A stretch of DNA of 49,518 nt from Octopus bimaculoides (taxonomy: Eukaryota), in assembly GCF_001194135.2 (NCBI RefSeq), contig NC_068984.1, positions 74,564,709 to 74,614,226 of the forward strand, given 5' to 3'. Below the pieces are notes generated by a model. It searched no databases, had not been told where the DNA came from, and worked only from the letters and a program-made list of their open reading frames with translations. The position numbers and the translations under genes are program-made. Shown in pieces: positions 23,300-35,952 of the stretch. The number at the start of each line of letters is the position of its first letter. Position 1 is the first letter of the stretch.

Positions 23300-24130
23300 A
23301 CCTATATTATTGGTGAAATTAGAGAAATTTGATAAAATCATTGCTATCGTTTGTGATATCATGAAAGCTGTCATTCGTTTTTGGAAAGCGAATCTCCTGT
23401 CAAAACTGCTGGCCAATGAGCTGCATCCGTTTTACACTTCTCAGATAGGTAGCTTCCTATCAAATCGCACTATCATGGCATGAGTTGCTGGAGTACATTC
23501 TGTTTCTAATTCAAGCTGTTCCCGTGTGCCCCAGGATTCAGTGTTGCTTCTCCATTTTCTTCTTTTTATACATCAATGACCAACTTTCCTTCACGCACAA
23601 CAAGGCCCTCACATACACAGACGATTCCACACTTCATTATCCGCTAACCTTCTCCAACCATGCATCTTTCACACATAACTTACACGCCACATGCCAAATC
23701 TGCTCTGGTTCCATGGACAGAAAATTGTGAAGCATCCTCAAATGAAGACATATTTTTGTCTCTTTCGACAGCAATAAATAAATAAATAAATAGAATATAA
23801 ACGCTATTCTTGTCATGAAAACATCACACCACACTCTTAGAAATGAGCAACATGTAACCAGAGCACTCATGATTCCTTAAAACGCAAGGCCTCGTTATCC
23901 TCGAGTTGCTATCCTAGCGAAAGCACACTCTTAGCATAGCTAGGGCCACATCGCAATGACTGGCCTTTCTCTTCAGGGCCTGAAAAATGTCTCGACCCTA
24001 AGCAATTAAAGACACGCTACAAAGAGCTCATGTAAGATTCATTGTAGAATATTGCTCCCATGCTTGAGACAGCATTGTTGCTACGCTCACTGACATCCGA
24101 GTCCAGATGCAGAGAAATACCTTTTAGTTA
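23300..24130 (+). mobile_element. decayed CR1/L2-group RT fragment
   Basis: IAIVCDIMKA..FWKANLLSKL, SFLSNRTI, VPQDSVL, FLYINDQ..TYTDDSTLH (YADD to YTDD), LAFLFRA, VEYCSH. Confidence 0.85.
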
Positions 24131-24469
24131 CTAATTAATGATTGAATACTATATATCTTGCATTTAGGTAGTTTAAATCAATATTTAGCATCTTCAGTAC
24201 AGCAACTTGCGTTTTTTGACTTCTACAATGGAAAAAGTTGCAGATTCACTAGTCACCGATTTTTTTGTTAATTTTATTTATTTTTTTTTTTTTTTTTTTT
24301 TTTTAGGCATGATCTAACAAACTAACACTTATTTACGAATTAACCAATATGTTAGCAATCTAACACTGCTTGAAGTCCAACGTCAAATTGGAAAATTTTA
24401 ATCAAGTGAAATTATAAATTGTTAATTGTCACTACTATTAATTTAATTGCATTGCCTGAAAAAAAGTGG

Positions 24470-24852
24470 ATTACAATGAAAAAATGCGGATGCATGGAGG
24501 TTAATATTCTTAAGTTAGTAAACCTGGAAAAGTATATGACAAATTATTACACCTGGAAAAGTATATGACAGGCATATTTATACTTAAAATATTGCTGCAA
24601 TATTTTAAGTATAAATACTTCTACAATATTTTAAGTATAAATACTTCTACAATATTTTAAGTATAAATACTTCTACAATATTTTAAGTATAAATACTTCT
24701 ACAATATTTTAAGTATAAACTATAACTCCGATACTTTAGTATAAAGATGCTTGTCCTGTACTTTTCCAGATGTAATAACTTTTTCCTGTACTTTTCCCGG
24801 TTTAATAACTTAAGTAAATTAACTTCCTTGCGTCCGCACTATTCATTGTAAT
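24470..24852. mobile_element. foldback/MITE-like element with ~120-bp TIRs, central hairpin and 26-bp tandem array
   Basis: Left arm from 24470 aligns to the reverse complement of the right arm ending 24852; perfect 19-bp hairpin 24577-24615; CAATATTTTAAGTATAAATACTTCTA x4.7 (24598-24719). Confidence 0.85.
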
Positions 24853-25379
24853 ATATAGGTTTTTGTATATGTGTGTGTACGTATATATTCATATATACTT
24901 ATATACTATTAGCCAGCTAGTATAATAATAATAGATTGAGTGGCGTTTCGTTCTACGCCTTCTCCATAAATATTGTAAGAAATGCGTGAAACTGTATGTA
25001 TGGGTGAGAGAGTGAAAGGGGAGGATAGAAGGGGTTACTGAGAGTGAGAGAGGGGAAAGGTGTTTGTTCCATGCCTTTTCCTGATGTATAGGGTCGCGTT
25101 TTGTTCTGCGTATTCTCCTGACGAATTGAAACGAGTGAGTTAGTAAGAGAGGGAGAGACAGACAGTGAGAAAGAAAGAGAGGGAATTTCGCTTCGTTATG
25201 TCTTTTCGAAATGTATAGTAACACGAGAAAGTTCTTTTATTCGAAATAGTATTAATACGAGTAATATGAATGAGAACATGAGCGGGGAAAGAGAATGAGA
25301 GCGAGAGAGAGAGATAGAGAGAGAAAGAGGACAGCGAGCTAGAGTGAGAGAGATACAGCGATATATATACGTGTGTGTG

Positions 25380-25425
<46 letters not shown>

Positions 25426-25889
25426 AACAGAAAGAGTCGTGTTTTGTTTAGTACCTTTCCTAGATGTAACGGAACACTTGAGCTCAGGATAGGAATCTGG
25501 CGAAAAAAGAAGAAATCATAAACCGACAGTTTAGTTATTCTAATCGCTGTCGTTATTGTTTAAACTCAAGTCAAACTTGATTACGCAAACCTTTTATCCA
25601 AACTAATCCAACGTTGACTCTCCTGTCTTTTATTCAAACTATCTAGCCCATACATTATCTAATTATATCGCTTTAAAAGATTGTGGAATATGATTAAAAG
25701 GAGATTTGGTTGCTATTACTACCAATTAGAGCTTCTTGAGTAGAGAGGCTCCTTTGTTAACTCAGCGTCGTTTCTGTCCATGAATTAAGTAGATATGGTG
25801 TTGGAGTACAAAATTTATACCTGGTTCAATAGAAGCAACAGATACACTCATATTTGTGCTTTTAATTCTATTTCCTTTCTTGTATTTTT

Positions 25890-26010
<121 letters not shown>

Positions 26011-26075
26011 GAAGACAGTCAGACTGAACAGGTTATTCTAAATAATCTTACTCTCATAACTGTTGGTAATATGTA

Positions 26076-26596
26076 CAGAGTGGTCTGAAAGTCTTGTTAA
26101 CCACTACATATTGTTTATTATTATCATTATTTGTTTGTTTTAGTAACATATGTGCCCCACTCCACTATGTTATCACTGTCCCGGAATACCTAAATGAAGT
26201 TTCTCGGGATAGATGGATAGGGCGAGGATCGCAACAACTTTCAGCACTTGTCGATTGTCCTCCCAGAAGTCCAGACCTCACATCTTGCGATAACGCTCTG
26301 CGGGGTATTATCAAGGAAAGAGTTTCACATGAACGATACCAGAATATCCATCAGTTGAATGACACCGTTCGGAGAGCCTTTGCAACAATCACCAAAGCAC
26401 AGCTTCCAGAAATATCACACATGACATGGCGTCACATAATTTTGTGCCACGAAAATGATGGTTTTCATACAGACCTTCTCGATGTGTGACAGCGTCAATG
26501 AAAGTGAATAAACTAAATCCAGTTCGTGCTTTGGATTACGGTATTACTTGTTCTTCTATTGTTCTCATTACTTTTTGGTAGGTGGGGACCACCCTG
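26076..26596 (+). mobile_element. non-autonomous mariner (DD37D-like) keeping both ends and the transposase C-terminus
   Basis: TA|CAGAGTGGTC ... GACCACCCTG|TA (9/10 TIR match, TA TSD); APLHY..EYLNE..RWIGRG..PPRSPDLTSCD..GIIKERV. Confidence 0.9.
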
Positions 26597-26670
26597 TAGA
26601 ATCTTGAGCTACCACGTAGTGCTGTCTTTCTCAAAGTGTTATTTATCTCGTCTCTGATTAAAACTATTAA

Positions 26671-26969
26671 CCCATTACCTCCCATAATTCTATTAACTGG
26701 AATTTTTTTTTTCTTTTATGAAACTTTGATTTCTAGCATAAAACAGCCTTAGAAACACGCTGGAATGATCAAAATAACATTTCAAAATAACATTTTAAAT
26801 AGAAATAAGCGAGATATTGGGTGAAAAATTAGCAAACTTCATTTGAATATCAGAGAAATATACCTAGTAGATATAGCAAAAAGGTTAGATATGTGTAAAT
26901 ATTGACAGATAATTTACGAAATTTGTAATTTTTAAGTGATCTTATATGAGATCACTAGTAGGTAATGGG
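26671..26969. mobile_element. piggyBac-type MITE
   Basis: TTAA|CCCATTACCT ... AGGTAATGGG|TTAA: perfect 10-bp TIR with TTAA TSD, 299 bp, non-coding. Confidence 0.8.
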
Positions 26970-27083
26970 TTAAGCAAGAATTAAAGCACTGCATGTCTCG
27001 CTACACTCCAGCACTTGTTACTCTTTTGATGTGTTATTGTTGTCATCATCGTCGTCGTTGTTATTTTTGTTGCTGATTTGTTG

Positions 27084-27298
27084 ACGGCAGCAAGCTGGCA
27101 GAATCGCTAGCGCAGTAGACAAAATACTTATCGGCATTTTTCTGACTCTTTGCAATTCTGAGTTCAATTTCCGCTTAGGTCGAGTTTGCTTTTCACCCTT
27201 CCGGGGTTGATAAACTAAAGTACCAAATGAACACTGGTATCGAGGTATCGATTTCTTCCCCTCTCCACCAAATTGCTGACCCTGTGCTTGCAATTTGA
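27084..27298 (+). mobile_element. SINE family B (tail type 1)
   Basis: AAGCTGGCAGAATCGCTAGC head, TTCTGAGTTCAA, CCTTCCGGGGTTGATAAACTAAAGTACC core. Confidence 0.8.
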
Positions 27299-27671
27299 TG
27301 GAGAGAGAAGAGGGGTCGGAGATTCTGTTTCCTACTCAGACCCACAATTCAACGGTGACCCTCCCTTCACCATATATAGCACTATCATCTTGTCTTATGA
27401 CAATGAGGATTGAGGATACAACTAAGGTGAAGGAAGTATTTTTTAAATGGACGTATATATCCCTGTGTGTATGGAGATATGTAAATGTGTACACACACAC
27501 ACATACAAACACACAATCATACATATGCGTGGGACCTTGAAGATTGCTAAAATGCAAGAAAGTATACTAGTCTCTTAATTTTCAATACTTAATATTTAAT
27601 ATTCAATATTCAATATTTCATTTATTCAATAAGATAATCAATACTTCATTTCATTTTACTGAATATATTAT

Positions 27672-28410
27672 ACATTTTATATCCCAGGTTATCACAGATT
27701 CTCCTCCATGTTTAACAGTTGGAAGAAGGCAGTCTGGGTCAAATGCTTTTTTGGCTGTCTCCACACGTATACTCTGCCGGTGGTCGGAAATAAGGTAAAG
27801 GATGACTCGTCCAAGAAAATAACATTCTTCCACTGCTCTAGGCTCCAATTCTGTAAGTTTTTACTCCACTCTAAACGCTTTGAAACGTTTGTTTTTGAAA
27901 GTAGTGCTTTTCTGAGTGCAGCCCTCTCCTAAAATCCGGCTTTATGCAACTCCCGGCGAACAGTTTTTGTGGAAACTGGATGCTCGAGATGGTCATTAAG
28001 ATCTGCAGTGATTTTGGGAGCTGTACTTTTGTGATCCTTTCTAACAATTCGCGTCAGAGACCGACGGTCCCTATCTGAAAGCTTTGGTTTTCTTCCGGAG
28101 TTTTGTTTCGACAAGGAGGTCTTTCCCTCTTTCTCAAAGGCTGTCATTACTTTGGATACAATACTTCTTGATACACCAAACATTTCGGTTGTGTTCGTTA
28201 CGCTAGCGCCTGCCATACGAGCTCCACAATTTGACCTCTTTGAAAGTCCGATAGATCTGTCATTTTAATGAATTTTAATTACCTGTTTCTGATGATATCT
28301 GAAAAGAAACAGCAATTTTAGCAGAACATATTAAGAAACACCAATAATAAATCAAAATATAGAAATAAACAAGCTTTTGACTGTTTTATAGTTATTTCAA
28401 AATCATGATG
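27672..28410 (-). mobile_element. Tc1 transposon, 3'-truncated transposase pseudogene (ATG at 28263)
   Basis: MTDLSDFQRGQIV (frameshift) MAGASV..GVSRSIVSKV..GRKPKLSDRDRR..HKAGF*GRAALRK..WKNVIFLDESSFTLF..TVKHGGESV; ends before the second D and the E. Confidence 0.92.
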
Positions 28411-28706
28411 CTATGATGCTCGATNNNNNNNNNNNNNNNNNNNNNNNNNNNNNNNNNNNNNNNNNNNNNNNNNNNNNNNNNNNNNNNNNNNNNNNNNNNN
28501 NNNNNNNNNNNNNNNNNNNNNNNNNNNNNNNNNNNNNNNNNNNNNNNNNNNNNNNNNNNNNNNNNNNNNNNNNNNNNNNNNNNNNNNNNNNNNNNNNNNN
28601 NNNNNNNNNNNNNNNNNNNNNNNNNNNNNNNNNNNNNNNNNNNNNNNNNNNNNNNNNNNNNNNNNNNNNNNNNNNNNNNNNNNNNNNNNNNNNNNNNNNN
28701 NNNNNN

Positions 28707-28753
<47 letters not shown>

Positions 28754-29204
28754 CTGGAGTCGTTTGTTAGTTAAAACGGGCTTAGGCACTATCAATTAAA
28801 AGAAATAATACGCACGAAATGTAGAATCGGAATATCATCTTTAATAGGTAAAAGCTCTTACAAGAAAGCTTAATTGTTTCATTAAAAGAATGTACAAGTG
28901 CGAGCTTATCGAAGTTGGTTTCAAATATATCATTATGCGCCACGTGAATAAACAAATTGTAATGGTTATCATTTGGGAAACAATTGTTAATTAAATAAAG
29001 ATAATGGGTGGAGCGTATGTCAAAAGAGCGCGAAACATATTGAATAAATTAATAAAGATAAAATTATACGATGTGCCTGTGTAGGATGATACATGTGTGT
29101 ACGTGTATGTGTGTGTGTGCGTATATGGGTGTGTTTGTAAATATATTGAGAAAATAAGAAATTGGGGAACAAACTCGAATTACTAAATAATACTTCTCAT
29201 GGCA

Positions 29205-29330
29205 CTCATCTCAAACTGCCTCTGCAAACTAAATTCAATCCTGACGTCTTCAAGCGAATTGTTTTCTGAATTCGTTGTAACTGAGAGGAGAAAAGTGTAG
29301 GCGGGTGCTGACACTATAAGGGCAGTGCTT
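29205..29330 (+). mobile_element. possible 3' end of a CR1-group LINE
   Basis: LPLQTKFNPDVFKRIVF* resembles CR1/Crack ORF2 termini; short and weak. Confidence 0.3.
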
Positions 29331-29894
29331 CAGGTAGAAGATGAAACTTGACCTGCTTGAGATAAAACAGACTGCTGGAATCGTCGAAAGAGATTCTCAG
29401 TTTGACTTTTTGTTAGAACGCTTTAAAACTGACATGATCTTGGACAGTTACAAGGAAAATGCGAAAAAACAAAGACAGTCACTTCACGCCGCTTTCTGTA
29501 AAGGCCTCTGATCTAGAGAAAAAACGGCCTGTTCAAAATACTTCCTATGATAAGTTGGTTTTCGAGACTATTAATGATTGTCATCCCATTCCACAAAAGC
29601 ATTCAAAATGGCGTAGTTTAGATTTTATGGAATTTCCTCGGAAGCCTTTAGCTTCTTTAGAGGAGTGAAAGCAGCAATATGTGCTTCTCCATCCCTTCTT
29701 GATAATCTCCTACACAATAATGATAAAGCATGCTTGTTAAGCATAAATAAAATTTATAAAAGTAATTTTTTACTGCTAAATTCGAAAAAAGTAAAGGTAT
29801 AAATAATAGCATGCAAATATTGCGTTAAAACCCCTTTTTGATTGGGAAAAAATGTCGAAGGCTGCCTGTAGCTGACGTACTCAGCTGATAATTT

Positions 29895-30140
29895 TTACTT
29901 TCACACAGATCGGACCGGTAACTGCTCAGTCCATCTCGAATGAGGGCGAATACCAAAATACGCAAGGTAATCATCAGAGACATGCTGTTTGTAGACAATG
30001 CAGCACTGACCAAATATTTGTAGTATCAATTGCAACACCTTGTGAGAACCTCTCGATAGTCTGTCAACTTAAACTTCAGCTTGAAGAAAACAGAACTGCT
30101 GCGCCAAGATGTAAAATATTTCTTTGCCATTACTATCACC
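29895..30140 (+). mobile_element. RTE-clade RT fragment
   Basis: RSDR*LLSPSRMRANTKIRKVIIRDMLFVDNAALT..SLKKTE (cf. RTE RSDGKLFNLARLRAKTKVRKVLIREMLFADDAAL). Confidence 0.8.
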
Positions 30141-30644
30141 CTCTGCCTACCCACATACCCCACTTCTACCCCCACCCTCAGCCTAACTCACACCCACCCT
30201 TGCTATCCCCACTCTCACCTCCCCCACCTCTCAACACCATCACACTACACCACACCACACACCACTACACCATACCACACAACACGTNNNNNNNNNNNNN
30301 NNNNNNNNNNNNNNNNNNNNNNNNNNNNNNNNNNNNNNNNNNNNNNNNNNNNNNNNNNNNNNNNNNNNNNNNNNNNNNNNNNNNNNNNNNNNNNNNNNNN
30401 NNNNNNNNNNNNNNNNNNNNNNNNNNNNNNNNNNNNNNNNNNNNNNNNNNNNNNNNNNNNNNNNNNNNNNNNNNNNNNCACACAGACACACACACACACA
30501 TGTCAAGATTACTAGCCCTCTTTCACACGCACATACGAACTCTCTTACACACACGCACGCGCACCTTCGTTTTGGGATCACCACTACTTTATTATCTCCC
30601 CTTCTTCCTAGCTTTCCTATGTGACCCTTCTGCCCGGCATTCAC

Positions 30645-30815
30645 CATGATAGATCGCTAGCCACTACACATTCTCTTTTTTTCTCTCCTTGATTCTTTCT
30701 GTGTTCCTTTCTATGGAAGAGCATAGGCTCGAAAGGTTAAAGACTTTTTTCACTTCCCGAGCGTTATACTAATACATCTGTTTGTTTTCTACATCACCTG
30801 TCCTCGTCTTTTGTT
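30645..30815 (+). mobile_element. PLE-like pseudo-LTR fragment with degenerate hammerhead
   Basis: CTTT-CTATGGA-A-GAGC(atag)GCTC-GAAA-GGTT-AAAG at 30707-30742. Confidence 0.4.
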
Positions 30816-31335
30816 TCTTTGTGAATTCTCCCTATATATACAGACAGAGACAGGCAGAAAGACAGATATACAGACAGAGACACAGAGGGAGAAACAGTGA
30901 GTGAGTGACCGAGAGGAAGAGAGACCTGCTATACATACACTAAATTTGATATCATATATATATATTTTCCCCTCTCTTTTCGCCACAATACATTTTGCTT
31001 CTGTTAGAAAAAGGGTATAATCCAAAACTCCAGAACCTCAGCTGTTTCTTCAGTTGGCGTCATTTATCTAAATGCAAACTTCTTTCATTGTTTTTTCGCT
31101 TTATATTTCTAAGAGTTTTCTCTAACATCTGTTCACTTGTCTAATTTCATTTTTAGTTTTTTCATTTTAGCTGCGTTCTCTGCGGGAAGTAAATCAGATT
31201 GAAACTCACAAATCGTTAAGAGATGTTTCTCGGGATACAAAATATTACAGGGAGAGCTGTCCCAAGTTTGCATCTGCATAATGAATATTACACACACAGA
31301 TATCTTAATCCGAGGCTGTTTTAAGTTCGAATTAT

Positions 31336-31388
<53 letters not shown>

Positions 31389-32044
31389 NNNNNNNNNNNN
31401 NNNNNNNNNNNNNNNNNNNNNNNNNNNNNNNNNNNNNNNNNNNNNNNNNNNNNNNNNNNNNNNNNNNNNNNNNNNNNNNNNNNNNNNNNNNNNNNNNNNN
31501 NNNNNNNNNNNNNNNNNNNNNNNNNNNNNNNNNNNNNNNNNNNNNNNNNNNNNNNNNNNNNNNNNNNNNNNNNNNNNNNNNNNNNATATATATATATATA
31601 TATATATAGATATGTATGTATATATATGTATATGTATATGTATGTATATATATTTACATTTGTATATGTGCACATATGTATTGCGTTGTTGATATATTTT
31701 CTGCGCCATCTATGTGTTTCTTTATATGTAATAAGATATACAGTAATTACGACTTTATATGCACCCTCACGCACAGACACGCGTGCATCTGTATATGTAC
31801 GACAATGTCCATGGGAGGATGTTTATAAAGTTACATTAATTGTATTAAACTTCTGACTTGACACGCATTCTGTGTGTGTGTTGTGAGTGTGCGTGTGCGT
31901 CATCATGGGTGTGTGTACGTGTATTTTTGCGTCTGTGTACGCGCGCACGCTATTCTGAGAGCATATTTAACTTTCCTTCGGAGGTTATCTTTCTAAAAGA
32001 TAAGCCGTTTCAGTCAGAAGTTTATGTATGTGTGTATAAAGTAT

Positions 32045-32245
32045 CTTTGAAAATGCGACATGTAATTGGCCATGACAAAATACCGGTTGAGGCAAACGTA
32101 TTCCAAATTTTTCAAATGTTTGCCCTTGAGCCTTATTAATTGTCATTGAATATGCAAATCGAAGTGGAAACTGAAGTCTGTTTAGTGTGAATGGAATATT
32201 TGCATCACTTGGGCTAAATTCAATTCTGGAATTTTTTTTACCATT
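32045..32245 (-). mobile_element. Helitron PIF1-family helicase C-terminal fragment
   Basis: SRIEFSPSDANIPFTLNRLQFPLRFAYSMTINKAQGQTFEKFGIRLPQPVFCHGQLHVAFSK matches the Helitron motif RLQFPVRLAFAMTINKSQGQT..PVFSHGQLYVA. Confidence 0.9.
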
Positions 32246-32991
32246 TCTTCTGGCGTGCAGTTGCTGAAAATTTCTGAGTACAAATGTACAAATTGAAATG
32301 CAAAAGAAAGAAATAATAAATGGATTTATGAATAAAGTTTGGTAATTGCGTTTATTTCCACCACGAGACACTTATTATAGCAAACATGTTTTGACTAACT
32401 TATACACACACGCAAATACATTCATATATGTGTGTGTGGTGTGTGTGTGTGTGTGTGTGTGTGTGTGNNNNNNNNNNNNNNNNNNNNNNNNNNNNNNNNN
32501 NNNNNNNNNNNNNNNNNNNNNNNNNNNNNNNNNNNNNNNNNNNNNNNNNNNNNNNNNNNNNNNNNNNNNNNNNNNNNNNNNNNNNNNNNNNNNNNNNNNN
32601 NNNNNNNNNNNNNNNNNNNNNNNNNNNNNNNNNNNNNNNNNNNNNNNNNNNNNNNNNNNNNNNNNNNNNNNNNNNNNNNNNNNNNNNNNNNNNNNNNNNN
32701 NNNNNNNNNNNNTGTGTGTGTGTGTGTGTGTGTTTGTGTGCGTGCGTGTGTGTGTGTGTGCGTGTGTCTCGAGTTGTAGCTTTGGATTATTTAGCCATTT
32801 GTGAGTTAATTTTATTCTCGTATGATAATGAAAAGTGAAACTGACAGCCAATATTTGCTGTATCTATGTATCTATGTATGACTTTTCTCACTCACTTTCT
32901 TTCTCTTTCACTTCATTTGTGTCCTTCTCTCCCGCTTTTGATTAAACAATGTGTGTATGTATCTATGTATCTACTTCTCTTGCAATGTGAT

Positions 32992-33245
32992 AAACATTTA
33001 AAAACACAATACTAACGGTGTCACCACTCACTGTTTCTTTAACTCTTTCTCTTTCTCTTTCACTTTTTCTCACTCACTTTCTTACTCTGAAACATTTAAG
33101 AATACAAAACGAACGTTGTCACCACTCACTGTCTCTTTCATTCTTTCTCTCTCATTCCCTCACAATCTCTCACTTTCTCTCACTCTCTTTCTTTCTCTCT
33201 TACTTCCTCTCTGAAACATTTAAAAGCACAAAACGAACGCCGAAG
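32992..33245. repeat. diverged ~100-125 bp tandem repeat x2.3
   Basis: Units start AAACATTTAA at about 32992, 33090 and 33214, followed by ACAAAACGAACG..TGTCACCACTCACTGT and a CT-rich spacer. Confidence 0.7.
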
Positions 33246-33446
33246 AGACTGCATCATACCTCTTCGCTCGTACATTCGAAACTCCGAGCACTATAATGAC
33301 AATTTACTGTTTGTCCTAAATTATACACAAACATATATGCGTGTGTGTCTGTGTGCGTTCGTGTATGTATACTTAAATACACACACATATTTATAGACAG
33401 ATATGTATTTATATGCATGCATTTCTTTATGTACAAGTATATATGC

Positions 33447-33480
<34 letters not shown>

Positions 33481-33922
33481 NNNNNNNNNNNNNNNNNNNN
33501 NNNNNNNNNNNNNNNNNNNNNNNNNNNNNNNNNNNNNNNNNNNNNNNNNNNNNNNNNNNNNNNNNNNNNNNNNNNNNNNNNNNNNNNNNNNNNNNNNNNN
33601 NNNNNNNNNNNNNNNNNNNNNNNNNNNNNNNNNNNNNNNNNNNNNNNNNNNNNNNNNNNNNNNNNNNNNNNNNNNNNNNNNNNNNNNNNNNNNNNNNNNN
33701 NNNNNNNNNNNNNNNNNNNNNNNNNNNNNNNNNNNNNNNNNNNNNNNNNNNNNNNNNNNNNNNNNNNNNNNNNNNNNNNNNNNNNNNNNNNNNNNNNNNN
33801 NNNNNNNNNNNNNNNNNNNNNNNNNNNNNNNNNNNNNNNNNNNNNNNNNNNNNNNNNNNNNNNNNNNNNNNNNNNNNNNNNNNNNNNNNNNNNNNNNNNN
33901 NNNNNNNNNNNNNNNNNNNNNN

Positions 33923-33965
<43 letters not shown>

Positions 33966-35082
33966 CAGCAGTCATGAATGATAACAAACCCTTCTGAACT
34001 ACACTAGATCATTTGGCAAGGTAATCAACAATGTGTGCGTGTGTGTGTATATGTGTGTGTATGTGTGTGTATGTGTGTGTATGTGTGTGTGTAAGTAAAT
34101 AAAACGAAAGATAATTAAAGAAATGACAAAAAAAATAACAACAACAACAAAAAACCACAAGTTAAACTAAAATGAAATAAAGATACAAATAAAAACATTC
34201 GAAATAAACTGAAAAAGAAGGAAAAGTAAAAATATACATTTACTTTGTTGTTGCTAAGATGCCGAAACAACAAAACCCCTCTCTGTGTGTGTGTGTGTGT
34301 GTATGTGTGTGTGTGTGTGTGTGTGCGTGTGTGCGCGTTTGTCTGTGCTGTACATAGGCTCCGTTGGCATGCTGCACATTTAGCCTTTTGTTCCATAAGA
34401 TGTGACATATTAATAAATCAGCGTATCTTCACAAAGGTGTCATATTTCATGTGACACTTTCCCAGTCTACATTCATAGATATATGCTCACATTCATACAC
34501 TTATATATATATATATNNNNNNNNNNTATATATATATATATATATATATACATATACATGCACACATACATATATATATATTGTATGTGTGTGTATATAC
34601 ACATACACATACGTATGTATGTATGCACATGCATGCATGCATGAATGTATGCACATATGTATGTCTGTATGCGTGGTGTGTGCATGTATGTGAGTGAGTG
34701 TCTGTGTGTGTTTGTGTGTATGTGTGTGTGTGTGTGTATACTAAAACAGAAAAACAGCATATCACCGGACAAAGAAATCTCTACATAGTGTTTGACCTAA
34801 AAGAAATGGCAGACGATTTTCTTCAAAACATACAGTAAACCTCCTTCTAAAATTGAAGGTCAAATTCGACCAAAATATAGAATAAATTATGAAGTTTTAA
34901 TGGAATATGGGAGCGGTTTTTAGTAGCTTATTCCAGTGATCGTCTCTTCCAGGATCCCAAGGTGACGGAGTGCTTCTCAGGATGTACTGAACCAAGTTTC
35001 ACTTCCTGTTTTCGGAGATTCAAATAGGGTTGGACATCTGATATGGGTGAAGGAATAGTCGCTTATATAAATATTCAGCAAA

Positions 35083-35267
35083 CACGGCTGTGTGCTTAAG
35101 AAGCTCCTTTTGCCAATGCGTGGGCTAGAGTTCAGTCCCACTACACAGGAGCAAATACTGTAGCTTCAGGTCCACCAATGACTTGTGAGTGAATTTGATA
35201 GACGGAAATTGTGTGGAAGTTCGTCGTATATACACGTGTATGTATACGTGAATGTATATGCGTGTGC

Positions 35268-35301
<34 letters not shown>

Positions 35302-35500
35302 ATGTTTATATCCCGCTACAACTGCTTGACAACTGGTTTTGGTTTATTTAACTCCTTTGCAACCTAGCGGTTCGGCAATATATACCGAAAGAATAAGTAC
35401 CTGACTTAAGAAATTAATACAGAGTCGGTTTCTTCGACTAAATCCTTTAATGCGTTGATGTAGTATGGCCGCAGTCAAATGAGTAAAACAAGTAAACGAT
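35083..35500 (+). mobile_element. SINE family A, old full-length copy
   Basis: Both halves and the internal (TG)n are recognisable. Confidence 0.8.
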
Positions 35501-35702
35501 AACAAAGATATAAGATTACATTGATGGATAGTGTAACTGTACTCATTTGTAGACCTCACATATCTGGCTACCCTGGATCAGATATAACTTGTTTGCATTT
35601 GTGAAATTATTTCGTTTGCTTCTGCCAAATGTAATAAATTGGGTGGTCACAAAATACTGGTAAATTGTGTTTCTCAACATAGTGCATTTGAAATAATCCT
35701 TT

Positions 35703-35952
35703 CTGTTTGAGACACAAGGCCTGAAACTTTGTGAGAGGGATACAGTCGATTACATCGACCCCAGTGTTCAGCTAGTACTTATTTCATCGACCCCGAAAGA
35801 ATAAAAAGCAAAGTCGACCTTCGTGGAATTTGAACTCAAAACGTAAAGACGGACGAAATGCAGCTAAGCATTTTTCCCAGCGTGCTAACGATTCTTTTCT
35901 ACTCTAGGCACAAGGCCCGAAATTTTGGGAGAGGGTGCCAGTCGATTAGATC
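35703..35952 (-). mobile_element. two abutting SINE-B copies (tail type 2)
   Basis: 35703-35895 runs from the tail to AGAATCGTTAGC; the tail of a second copy (35896-35952) abuts it directly and runs into the gap. Confidence 0.85.

Noticed and set aside
24598-24719. Regular 26-bp repeats resembling a CRISPR array
   Set aside because: Head-to-tail with no spacers, eukaryotic context, no cas genes.
29459-29668. 69-aa ORF MRKNKDSHF..
   Set aside because: Short, no motif, expected by chance.
31035-31055. Minus-strand CTGAAGAAACAGCTG resembling a hammerhead lacking helix II
   Set aside because: No helix I or II support; compatible with chance.
31133-31335. Minus-strand peptide ..CEFQSDLLPAENAAKMKKLKMKLDK near the Helitron fragment
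   Set aside because: No recognisable motif and no clear splice signals.
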